Assembly (NCBI RefSeq): GCF_964355755.1
Contig: NC_092675.1
Coordinates: forward strand, 1,297,812 to 1,361,811
Direction of reading: 5' to 3'
DNA: 64,000 nt
Source: Antedon mediterranea
Taxonomy: Eukaryota > Animalia > Echinodermata
Part shown: positions 1 to 10,900 of the stretch, piece after piece
How positions within the stretch are numbered: position 1 is the first letter of the stretch
How the letters are laid out: the number at the start of each line of letters is the position of its first letter
Position numbers and translations under genes: made by a program
The notes under the pieces: model-generated
Databases searched by the model: none
The model's input: the letters and a program-made list of their open reading frames with translations, nothing else
What the model was told of the DNA's origin: nothing

Positions 1-2400
1 AATGAAAAAATTTCGACCTTTTTATTTTTCGATATAAAGTGGTCAAATGACACTTTACGATGATGATATTGCACTATACGTGCACATATAGCAATATTAG
101 TGCATCATAAGTGGATTTTAAAAAGGTCGAAATTTGGGTGATTTTTCAAAACATCCCTGTAGGCCTACTATACTGCCCCGTCAGGAAAGAACGACTCAAC
201 TTCATAAAAGCATAAAAGTTTTGAGATAATCAACAAAACGTGTTCTTATTTTAGCTCTTCACGTGTGCAGATAATGTTATTTTGATTAGCATAATAAACA
301 TGCGCAAAGGCGAATAATGGGTTTTGCGCATGTCAATTGTGCTATAGTAACCAGTTTTATCGAAAAATAAAAAGGTCGAAAATGTGCCAATTTTTGAAAA
401 ATCCCTGTACTATAGTACAGGAAAATTTGTGAAAAATGGCCGATTTTCGACCCTTTTATTTTTTGACATAGGCCTAAATAGTTACTATTGCATAATAAAC
501 ATGCGCAGAACCCATTATTCGACTCTGCGCATTTTTATTATGCTATAGTAACCATTTATGTCAAAAGCGGTTACTTTTGACATAAATGGTTACTATAGCA
601 TGATAAGCATGCGCAGAGTCGACTAATGGGTTCTGCGCATGTCAATTGTGCTATAGTAACCAGTTTTATCGAAAAATAAAAAGGTCGAAAATTGGCCATT
701 TTTTGAAAAAAATCCCTGTACTATCATAACCAGTTTTGACATAAATGGTTACTATAGCACAATTGACATGCGCAGAACCCATTATTCGACTCTGCGCATG
801 TTTATTATGCTATAGTAACCATTTATGTCAAAAGTGACTTAAATGGTTACTATAGCATAATAAACATGCGCAGAGTCGACTAATTGTGCTATAGTAACCA
901 GTTTTCTCGAAAAATAAAAAGGTCGAAAATTGGCCATTTTTTTTTTGACATAAGTGTTATTGTTTATTGTAAATGTTTATTCTTATGGTGTTTTTATCCT
1001 TAAGGGCCACAATGGAAATAAGTTTGACCTTTGGTTACTTTTTTGTGTTACCCTGAATTCATTCTTTGTATTTTTTTTTTATGTTGTGTTATTTTATGAA
1101 TTCGAATAAAGAAATGAAAAAAAAAAAAAAATGAAATAAATTTATTTTTTGACATAAATGGTTACTATTGCATAATAAACATGCGCAGAGGCGAATAATG
1201 GGTTCTGCGCATGTCAATTTTTTTTTTATGTTGTGTTATTTTATGAATTCGAATAAAGAAATGAAAAAAAAAAAAAAATGAAATAAATTTATTTTTTGAC
1301 ATAAATGGTTACTATTGCATAATAAACATGCGCAGAGGCGAATAATGGGTTCTGCGCATGTCAATTGTCTATAGTAACCAATTTTGACATAAATGGTTAC
1401 TATAGCATAATAAACATGCGCAGAGGCGAATAATGGGTTCTGCTCATGTCAATTGTGCTATATTAGCCGGTTTTATCGAAAAATAAAAAGGTCAAAATTT
1501 GCCATTTTTTGAAAAATTCCTGTACTATAGTACAGGAAAATTTTCGAAAAATGGCCGATTTTAGACCCATTTATTTTTTGACATAAATGGTTACTATTGC
1601 ATAATAAACATGCGCAGAGGCGAATAATGGGTGTCTGCGCATGTCAATTGTGTTATAGTAACCAGTTGTGACATAAATGGTTACTATAGCATAATAAACA
1701 TGCGCAGAGGCGAATAATGGGTGTCTGCGCATGTCAATTATGCTATAGTAACCAGTTTTATCGAAAAATAAAAAGGTCAAAAATTTGCCAATTTTTTGAA
1801 AAATCCCTGTACTATAGTACAGGAAAATTTTCGAAAAATGGCTGATTTTAGACCCATTTATTTTTTGACATAAATGGTTACTATTGCATAATAAACATGC
1901 GCAGAGACGAAAAATTGGTTCTGCGCATGTCAATTGTGCTATAGTAACCATTTTTGACATAAATGGTTACTATAGCATAATAAACATGCGCAGAGGCGAA
2001 TAATGGGTGTCTGCGCATGTCAATTATGCTATAGTAACCAGTTTTATCGAAAAATAAAAAGATCAAAAATTTGCCAATTTTTGAAAAATCCCTGTACTAT
2101 AGTACAGGAAAATTTTCGAAAAATGGCCGATTTTAGACCCATTTATTTTTTGACATAAATGGTTACTATTGCATAATAAACATGCGCAGAAGCGAATAAT
2201 GGGTGTCTGCGCATGTCAATTATGCTATAGTAACCAGTTTTATCGAAAAATAAAAAGGTCAAAAATTTGCCAATTTTTGGACAAAATTTCGACCTTTTTA
2301 TTTCATAATGTCGAAATTTCCCTGTACTATAGTTTAGTGAATTTGTCAAAATTTGGGCAAATGTGGACCCTTCTATTTTTGGACAAAACTTTGTTATAAC
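1..2400. repeat. Complex satellite built from an internally palindromic ~85-bp monomer with ~285-290-bp higher-order units and local inversions
   Basis: Recurrent GACATAAATGGTTACTATAGCATAATAAACATGCGCAGA...TCTGCGCATGTCAATTGTGCTATAGTAACCAGTTTT monomer, interspersed with AAAATAAAAAGGTCGAAAATT and CCTGTACTATAGTACAGG blocks; monomers at ~480-570 and ~740-835 are inverted. Runs off the left edge of the window. Confidence 0.9.
951..1135 (+). mobile_element. Probable LINE (L2/Crack-like) 3' end fragment with A-rich tail inserted in the satellite
   Basis: Non-satellite sequence ending in AATAAAGAAATGAAAAAAAAAAAAAAATGAAATAAA; its 3' part plus the adjacent monomer is duplicated at ~1219-1365. Family assignment is from resemblance only. 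Confidence 0.45.
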
Positions 2401-3459
2401 ACACCATAAGATAATAATAATACAATACATGCAAATATAGTAATAGTACCTTATTTTTAAATGTAACCAATTAAGTAAAAAAAAGAAAGGGTCAAAATTT
2501 CCGTCTTATTTTTAACAAATTTTCATCAATAAAATCAATAAGAAAAATAAATTTTTGAGAATACTTTTTAATACTGATTTTATTGTCGCAAAAATTATAC
2601 TATGAATTTGTCTGAAAATACCGTAAACACCTTAACCTACCTACAAGTCAAACTTACGCATTTACGAACAATCGTTTAAAACAATTAATATTAACATATA
2701 TGGAATGTATTACGAAATCATGTAATATAGACAATTTATGCAGAAAAAACATACATACAACATATAAAAATATAAATATTTACAACATAATTTATTTATA
2801 ATTCTAATTTGTTTCCCCAGATCATTGTTATTTACAATATCTATGCTGCAAGATCTATTTTGTCTTAATATTTAATTTGTGTAATTTCAGATGACCTTGT
2901 TCATTATAATAATACAGTATACAAATGGGTTGTACATAATATTGACCAATCTTGTAGATTTACATGTAAACATATAAATGTATGTGTACATGTTCTTTAT
3001 GTAAACATTCACATCAAATTTCAACAAATATACTGTATTCATACAATTAAGACAATACTTAGTACCGAAATTTAAAAAAATTGCAATGTAAAATATAATA
3101 TAAATTAGTATTTAATCTTAGCATGTTGTTGATGCATAATATACATGTTAAACTACAAAAACAATTTTTTAATGTAAATATGCCTAAAATATTAAGATAA
3201 AATAATTGTACCTCCTATTTTACATTTTGCTAGCTGCAGATATTACTATTACTAACACAAAACTAAACATAATAATATTCTTTTGACACGAAGACTAAAC
3301 ACACACATTGAATATAATACCTGCTTTGTTTAATCCTTTGCATTGTTCCAAATCTTTTAATCGTATATTTGCCATCATTATACCTTTTGTCTTTAAAATA
3401 TACAAAATACATATAAAAATCAAAGGGCTGCATAGGCAGGATATAGAAAAAAATCAAGA

Positions 3460-4030
3460 TCAAATAAGTTAAAAGTGCCTCAATATAGATTTATTTTAAC
3501 GACATGTTTCGGGCATAGCCCATCATCAGGTGAAAAGAATTGTAACAAAGGATAACATATATAAGTCACAAAATTACATAATAAAACAAATCAGCCAATC
3601 AAAGATGTTAACAAACAAAAGGCATAGTTATAAAGGCACGCCTCCAAAAGCTATGGTGTACAAAGCAGGAATGGTTGCTTATAAAGCAGGAAATTTAAAA
3701 CAAAGACAAAAGCTTCAAGTGTAAATAATAGTTAATATGTGAATGTCTCTGGCAAAATTAATGTTTAAAGGATCTAAATTGTACATTTATGCCGGTAGGG
3801 GCAAGAGTGCCAAGCTTTACAATTATTCTTTCTTCTATAATTCTACGAGATGTCTCAGAACCATTACATACTTTAACACCAGAAATAGTAATATCCGAAA
3901 GAGAATGCTCATTATTACAAAAATGGGTGGCTACAGGTAATCCGGGAGTCTTTAGTTTAATAGACCTTAAATGTTCTACAAACCTATCACCTAACCTGCG
4001 TTTAGTTTCACCAATATAACCAAAATACAT
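3460..4030 (-). mobile_element. Penelope-like retroelement 3' fragment (GIY-YIG endonuclease C-terminal part plus pseudo-LTR)
   Basis: ORF 3758..4030 reads YIGETKRRLGDRFVEH...PVATHF...HS...RRIIEERIIVKLGTLAPTGIN, the typical PLE GIY-YIG pattern; truncated at a (TA)n tract and followed by a hammerhead motif as in PLE pseudo-LTRs. Confidence 0.9.
3495..3537 (-). ncRNA. Minimal type I hammerhead ribozyme motif (HHR-1)
   Basis: Minus strand reads UUUUCAC-CUGAUGA-U-GGGC-UAU-GCCC-GAAA-CAUG-UC-GUUAAAA: both conserved core boxes, 4-bp stem II, palindromic minimal stem III, GUC cleavage triplet, imperfect stem I. Confidence 0.8.
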
Positions 4031-4051
4031 ATATATATATATATATCCAAT

Positions 4052-4096
4052 CTGCAGACAGTACTGTTTCGATCTTATTAGATCTCGTCAGTGCAG
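4052..4096 (-). ncRNA. Type I hammerhead ribozyme motif (HHR-2), fully paired
   Basis: Minus strand reads CUGCA-CUGACGA-GAUCU-AAUA-AGAUC-GAAA-CAGUACUG-UC-UGCAG: perfect 5-bp stem I, 5-bp stem II, palindromic stem III, GUC triplet. Lies in a ~150-bp insert (4047..4195) flanked on both sides by (TA)n. Confidence 0.9.
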
Positions 4097-4193
4097 CTCA
4101 GGTTTCGAAATGAAATGTACCGCAGAACTGGCACAATATATAGGCTGAGCCAGGAATGCGGGACATGGTACACTGATTATGAACACAAAGAGC

Positions 4194-4232
<39 letters not shown>

Positions 4233-4233
4233 C

Positions 4234-4392
4234 AAAGGCAAATAACTGAAAAAATGACAATGCTGTGGGTATCAGTGGCTGGATCTCAATGGAGATACAA
4301 AATAAAAGTGAAAAGCTAAATCAAAACGAGAAGTAAAACAGCCAGAAAAGTTAGCAGAGCTTTCGGGCAACACTAGCCCTTCATCAGTGCAA
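4234..4392 (-). mobile_element. ~160-bp hammerhead-bearing interspersed repeat (PLE terminus/retrozyme-like), copy 1
   Basis: Closely similar to 7380..7540 (CTGTGGGTATCAGTGGCTGGATCTCAATGGAGATACAAAATAAAA...CAGCCAGAA...AGCAGAGCTTTCGGGCAACACTAGCCCT); abuts a (TA)n tract. Confidence 0.75.
4354..4392 (-). ncRNA. Minimal type I hammerhead ribozyme motif (HHR-3)
   Basis: Minus strand reads UUGCA-CUGAUGA-A-GGGC-UAGUGUU-GCCC-GAAA-GC-UC-UGCUAA: intact core, AGCU palindromic stem III, CUC triplet. Confidence 0.8.
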
Positions 4393-4740
4393 GTGATATA
4401 TATGTGTTATATAAATCGTTTTTAAGATAGGCTGACATTTTTTGACATTTTTGCTTAGTGATAGGTTAAATTCTCATTTATTACATGTCAGGTATAAGGT
4501 TGCTTGGGATTTTCCAATTAATATTATTATTAAAACCTCATTTTTTCAGACAATATGCGCCGGCCGACTGGGTGGAAACATCCCTAATTCATTATCACAC
4601 AAATACGGCATCAAAATATGTAGATCCAGTGTAATATAGGTATGAAGGTAAACACAGGTCAACTGACAGAAAAATTATTTATTAGAGTGTAAATAGAGGT
4701 AAAGGTCCCATATTCAATTCTGAATGTAATAAGCTGTTAG

Positions 4741-4928
4741 GAGCTCCATTTGACAAGCCTAGGCATTATGTGGTAGGGTGGCCAGTTCCTTTCCACACCA
4801 CCTTAGCCGCGCTTTTATTTTCAACCAGGTACTCATTTACAGCTAAGTATACTGGGAGTTGTCAGGAATTGAACCCAGGTCTCTCTGTGTGACAGTCAAG
4901 TGTCCTCACCACTCGGCTACACAACTCC
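4741..4928 (-). mobile_element. tRNA-derived SINE just downstream of the receptor stop codon
   Basis: Minus strand: GGAGTTGTGTAGCCGAGTGGTGAGGAC (A box)...CCTGGGTTCAATTCC (B box) followed by a non-tRNA body AGCTGTAAATGAGTACCTGG. Confidence 0.65.
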
Positions 4929-4982
4929 TTATTAGGGGGTAATGGAGCAAAATGAACATACCCTCTAGTTGGTAGAATTGTT

Positions 4983-7900
4983 TCATTCTTGTATGGTGCT
5001 AGGAATATTATCAAGAAATTTGGATAAAATCTCCATTTGTGAATAATCATCAATTTCACTGGCTGTATCAGTGAAGTCATCGGCCAACGTATTTGAAACT
5101 GGGTGCGGTAATCTACCATCATTTGTTATGTAATCCCCAATTATAGGCTCACTGTTGCGGTCTTGCACAAGCGCATGGGATTTATCCACATACCCTAACT
5201 TGTTATTATCGCTATTAAAATAATTTATTTCCTTTACATTTGTACTAGGTACATACCCACTATCTTCATTGGCAAATGGTCGAATTGAGTTCATGCTGGT
5301 TGGTGAAATGGGAACCATTTTGGTATATTGATCAATATTTGAAGTATTATCAGGCATGGAAAAAACCAACTCCACTTTTGATCCTCTCTTTACAAGATGC
5401 CGATATGGTATCTCACCTTCCACAAAGTTTCCTTCATAATTCTTGTTAAAATACTCCTGTCGCGTATTGCCTGAAAGAGTTGCACCACTTTTGCACAGCA
5501 TTTCTTTTTCTGTCTTTTTCTGTTCTTGTGGATAAAATGCATCATCGTCGTCAATTTCTTTAAAGGAGTGTGATGTACCGACAGTTTTATCTTTTTCACC
5601 TTGTTCTTGCATTTTCTCTTCTATTTGAGAAACAGAGTTTGACATGTCATGGAATCCTTGATCAGAGCTTGTTGTGCTTCCGATTGTGGTTTTGTTATTC
5701 GGCCTCGTCTTAAGATCGTCAAATATCTCTTTTTCTCTTGGAGGAGGGGACAACTTTGGATCAATCACCTTAAAGTATAAAACAAAATTTCAGATAAATA
5801 ACTATTGTAGCGATTGTAATTTGTAAAATATTAAAGTAATGCAAAAATATTGCTGCCCTGTATAAAAGTTGTATGGATATTGAGAAATTACTATAATAAT
5901 TAACCATCATTATAATGATCGTTCAAATCCTATAAATGACCATGTTTGAAGCTTGGTTTTGGTATCTTTAGCTGTCTTTTCATGAAAGAATAAAATACAC
6001 ATAGCTTCTATAAGGTTTGAAGGTTGAAGTATAACCAAACTTGTTTTTGGGGTGGTCACATCAAATAATAATAATAATTAATGCAAGTATAGCATTAATT
6101 CAAATTATTACTTTTAAAATAAATATTGATTATACAGCATATATAAAGATTACGAATAAAGCTAATTATTATTAAAGTTGCATCGTTAGTAACTATAGTA
6201 CACTGACGTTTTTAAGCTCTGTCTACACTATCAAACTTTATGTGACAACGAAATGTCATGTGCCCATATATGGACATGATGATGTCATATCACTATCATG
6301 TTTTAGCATATCACTACCATTTTTTAGCATATCACTACCGTATTTGGGCACATCACACTTTTTGTTTAGTTTGATAGTGTATACAGAGCTGTAGAATAGA
6401 TTATTGGTAACTCCAAGGGCGGATTGCTATAAGCGGTCTATAAACGGTCTTAGCGCTTAGCCGGCTATAATTCGTGGCGTAGCAAGTAGTCTTTATTTAT
6501 AGACCATTGCTATACCGCGGTCTGACCTGTAAACGGTCTTTAAAATTAAAGCCTACTCGAAGGAGTCTTAAAACAGTCTTAAACCTCTCTTTTTGTTGCT
6601 TTTACGTATTATTTATCGTCAAAGACAACCAATTAAACGAGTTTTAAGTGTTAAATCAAATAATAACGGTGATTTTATTCTTATATAGGCCTAGAATGGA
6701 TTTTCTCGCGTAGAAATGTACGTACTGTTTAATGATTGTGAATTGAACAAGCGTGACGAACATTACCTTATTTGGTATTCTACGCGCAAAGTACGCCCTC
6801 AATTTGTTACTTTACGCGGTCTTATCCAAGACTGTTTTATAGCAATGGTCTATCAGGAGTGGCTTTAATAAGACCGTCTATCTGATAAAGCCGGCTTTAA
6901 TCGGGGAGTTAAGACCATCAGTTAAGACTGTTTTATAGCAATCCACCCCAAGTGTAAATAAGTGTTTAAATATATACTTACAATATGTAAGAATTTTGGA
7001 TCAGGCCACGGTTTAAAATATTTAGCATGATATTTATGTTTATAGATGTAGATAACAAGGACAAATGTCAATATTATGACACCTGGTATTAGGATGACTG
7101 TAGAGATTCCTCCTGGAACTAAAAAAAAAAAAATCGTTAAATATAGTAAACAGATGATTTATTTTCTTCTTTTTATTTGACAACTTAATATTTATCAATT
7201 AGGGTAGATTAATTAATTAGATTGAAATTGAGTTGATTTACAGTCGGACAATTTGATACGAACATTCTAATGAAACTGCTAATTTACTGTACATAATATA
7301 CCAAAGGTATAATATATGAAACACAGGACTATTTTGTACTACACTGTATACATAATGAACATTTAATAATAATAAGTGCAAAGGCAAATTGCTGAAAAAA
7401 AACTGTGGGTATCAGTGGCTGGATCTCAATGGAGATACAAAATAAAATAAGCAAAAAGCTAAATCAAAACGAGAAAAAGAATAAAAAAACAGCCAGAATT
7501 AGCAGAGCTTTCGGGCAACACTAGCCCTCCATCAGTGCAATTACTAACAATAAGGAAATCTTATATTATTTTTTATGATAAAGTCGCAGATTTAACATGT
7601 TTGGGAAATTGGTTCCAAAGTGGAAAAGTAAATGACAGTTATCACAAGATTTGGATGAAAATATCGAGCAACTAGAATTTGTAAACATAACAATTTAAAA
7701 ACTCAATCAAATAAAAAATTCAATAAAACTGCATTTTTTCAATAGTTTGTCTACTAACTAACTAAATAAGTTTTAAGTTGTCATTTGTACTGTTTATATT
7801 GCACAGGTAAACAAGCCTGTGTACAACTGACTGGTAAAAACCTGTGAATGACACAGGTTGCTAAACATATACAAACTTGTGTCAATCAAAGTATACTTAC

Positions 7901-10900
7901 AAGGATCATTGTTACTACTGCTACTACTATTACTACTACTAGCTTCAGCACGTGGAGTGGGAGTACACAGGATACTTTCATAAAAAATGTTTGCAGGTCC
8001 CTTGATCTCGTCTCCATTTTCATCCTTATTTACTGCCTTAACACTGAATGTATACTGGAGATTTTTTGTATTACATTTAACATCCACATCTAATGACCTA
8101 GACATAGTTCTACGTTCCTCCTCTTCATCATTCTCTTTTCCATATGCGACTACATAATGGTCAATTTTAGGTCCATTTGGATGCGTTGGTTCGCTCCATT
8201 GTAACTCATTTGTGTCTTTCAAAAACTTTACATCTTGAGGTGGTCCAGGAACTGAAAACATATAAAAACACTCAAAATATTACATAAAAAACAAATCAGA
8301 TATTTGTGACACTTTACATCAAAAGCCCATCAACCAACAGTATCATAGGCAAGTTTGATAATAATATCACCTCACATGTATCACATGTGATTTCTGTATC
8401 GTGGAAGGTTAGGTTATAGGTTATGAAACAGCTGTCACATGTGAAACACATAAGATGCTCTATCACAGAATTTTCTTATGATGCTAGACAAATATAAATA
8501 CAACAATGCCAAAATCAGCTGAATAAATTGATATAAATATTTACCTCCTATCAATGTTGTGATATAAACTTTTCCTTCTTCGCTACATGGTTTAACCAAA
8601 CTCTCGCTGCATGCAGACACGCTCACCTCATACACTGTGTATCCAAAGAGGTTTTGAAAAACAGTGTTTGTGTCTGTGGTATTCTTAACCTCCAATGTTT
8701 GGTTCAATTTAACAAGATAGTGAATTAATCCATTTTTTTCAGATGGTGCATCCCATACAATTGTAAAACTGTTGTTAGTTGAGTTGTGTTTGATATTCTT
8801 CGGAACACTAGGAGCTGAAAATAAAAACAAATAAGAAAAAACCTTTGAATAAATTTTATGTCAAAGAAAATTGAACTTTCATCTGTAAGGCCTGCCTCGT
8901 CTGGTATATATTGTTTTTAATATTCATAAACTATTTATTATCGATTAATTCTGACTACACACATAACCACAAGGGATTTTATTTATGTGCTATACTTACT
9001 ATAGGGAAACATTTCTTAAACTTTTATAAATAATTTGTCATCAATTTTAATAGCAAGATAACAACTATTCTTAAATCCAAGCATAGTATTAATTCAGTCA
9101 TTTAACACTTATTTGCAGAAACACAGGTGTAGCATGAAGTCAGGATAGTGCTATCAATAATACTTTTTTAATGTGAAAATTAATAAATTTGATTACGGTA
9201 AAATTAACTTACTTCCCTGGCTTGTTTTCTTGGTAACATGAACACTGCTAGGCCCCTCTCCTGCATTGTTACTGACTGTCATCCACACCTTGTATTCAGA
9301 GAAGGGTTTGAGGTTTGCAAGGTTATAACTTTGTTGTTTGGAATTCAGAGATAGAAAATTAACATCACCATTTGGATCTAACATTAAAATACAAAAACAA
9401 AACATAGAATAATTCTTACAAAATGTGAAATATTTATTTTTATTTTCTTCATTTTTCAGTTTATTATTATTTCCAATTAGCATACAGTTACCATCAATCT
9501 ACCACTCTGTAGGGAAAAAATACATTTGAATCGACATTATGATTAAAAAAATTAATTTTGGAAGCAGATTAATTGAATAAAAGTAGTTTTAGAACAGAAG
9601 GCGTTTCATAAAATTATCAATAATATTCATTGAATTCAGAAAAAAATGTTCATTTATTTGCACAACTATTCCATCATTTCCAGGCTCATTTTTAAATATT
9701 TGATTACCATAATAATGGTATGTAAAATACTTACATTCTTGGTAGTGAATGTTATAGTCCATTACACATTCTGGTTTCTTTGGTGGAGTCCATGAAATAC
9801 TTAGTACAGTTGAATTCATCTTTTCTGGTTGTACTGATATTGAAGTTACATTACCTGGAACTATAACCACAATAATGACATAATTTTAAAACAAAATAAT
9901 TACAGTGGCACTATAGGCTGGTGGTTAAACTTATTGCTTACAAATCCCAGGGTCCTGCGTCCAAATCCTAGTCGCAATACAGTATCAAGATTGTTGTAGT
10001 CAAAACAGCACACTACCTACTGTAAGCCTAGTAAATAAGGACTTATTATGCTCAACTGCTACCGCTACCTATTCCTACCATTAGTCAACAATTTTATACC
10101 GGCCGACTGTACATGCGAGCAGGAAACATGTAAATAGTGATGGGTCTGAATTATAGGGCGTCTGTATAATATCAAGCAAAAGGTCAGAGTTCAGGTGTAC
10201 TTTGGAGAATACTATATTTCACTTTTCTAGAATTTGCCAGACAGACAATTTTTTTACAACAGAAAAAATAAAATGGTTAATTCACTTAAGTTGTTGAAAA
10301 AAAAATATTATACCAGTTTGCTTTGTCGATTCATTTAATATAGAAAATTCCCCATCACCATGTTCATTTCTTGCTTTCACTTTGAACTTGTAAATGGTGC
10401 AGGCTTCAAGATCTTTTACATTGTACGATATCTTTTCCGTAGAATTAGAATCAATTGTTACATTTTCAGGACTATAAAAAAAATGTATTTAATTTCAGTC
10501 ATGAGGTACTGAGGTATGATCAACTAACGTATAGCCACACATTCTTAGAAAGTACCGATGAAGAAGTCTATCTGTACGGCGACTTTACAAAGATTTGAAG
10601 TGACAGGCTGTGGGAGTACTGTAGTTAGCTACATCATTTTCACTAATTATTATTACTGTTCATAATATTATTAATAAGAAATTATTCTGTAAAACTCTTC
10701 ATTATAGCAGCCTAATTTGTTTATTTTAAATATCAGTTGTTTATGTTATGCCTGCGTATACCATAAATAATATCGGACTTACCATATGACAGATCATTGC
10801 AATATAAACATTTAGATATTTTGAATATAACATGTTTGTGTAATTTGCATATTATAGTAGTATCCAATTAGATTTACTACCATGTTCTTACTTAATGATC

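Noticed and set aside
1571-2430. ORFs with repeated DMRRHPLFASAHVYY peptides
   Set aside because: Translations of the satellite monomer.
4870-4928. Possible tRNA gene (also 9905, 24950, 27715, 34380)
   Set aside because: A and B boxes are present but cloverleaf stems are incomplete and the sequences continue into SINE bodies.
5929-5971. Possible alternative terminal exon LKIPKPSFKHGHL* of the receptor
   Set aside because: Acceptor lacks a polypyrimidine tract; the 6982 to 5768 junction already fits in phase.
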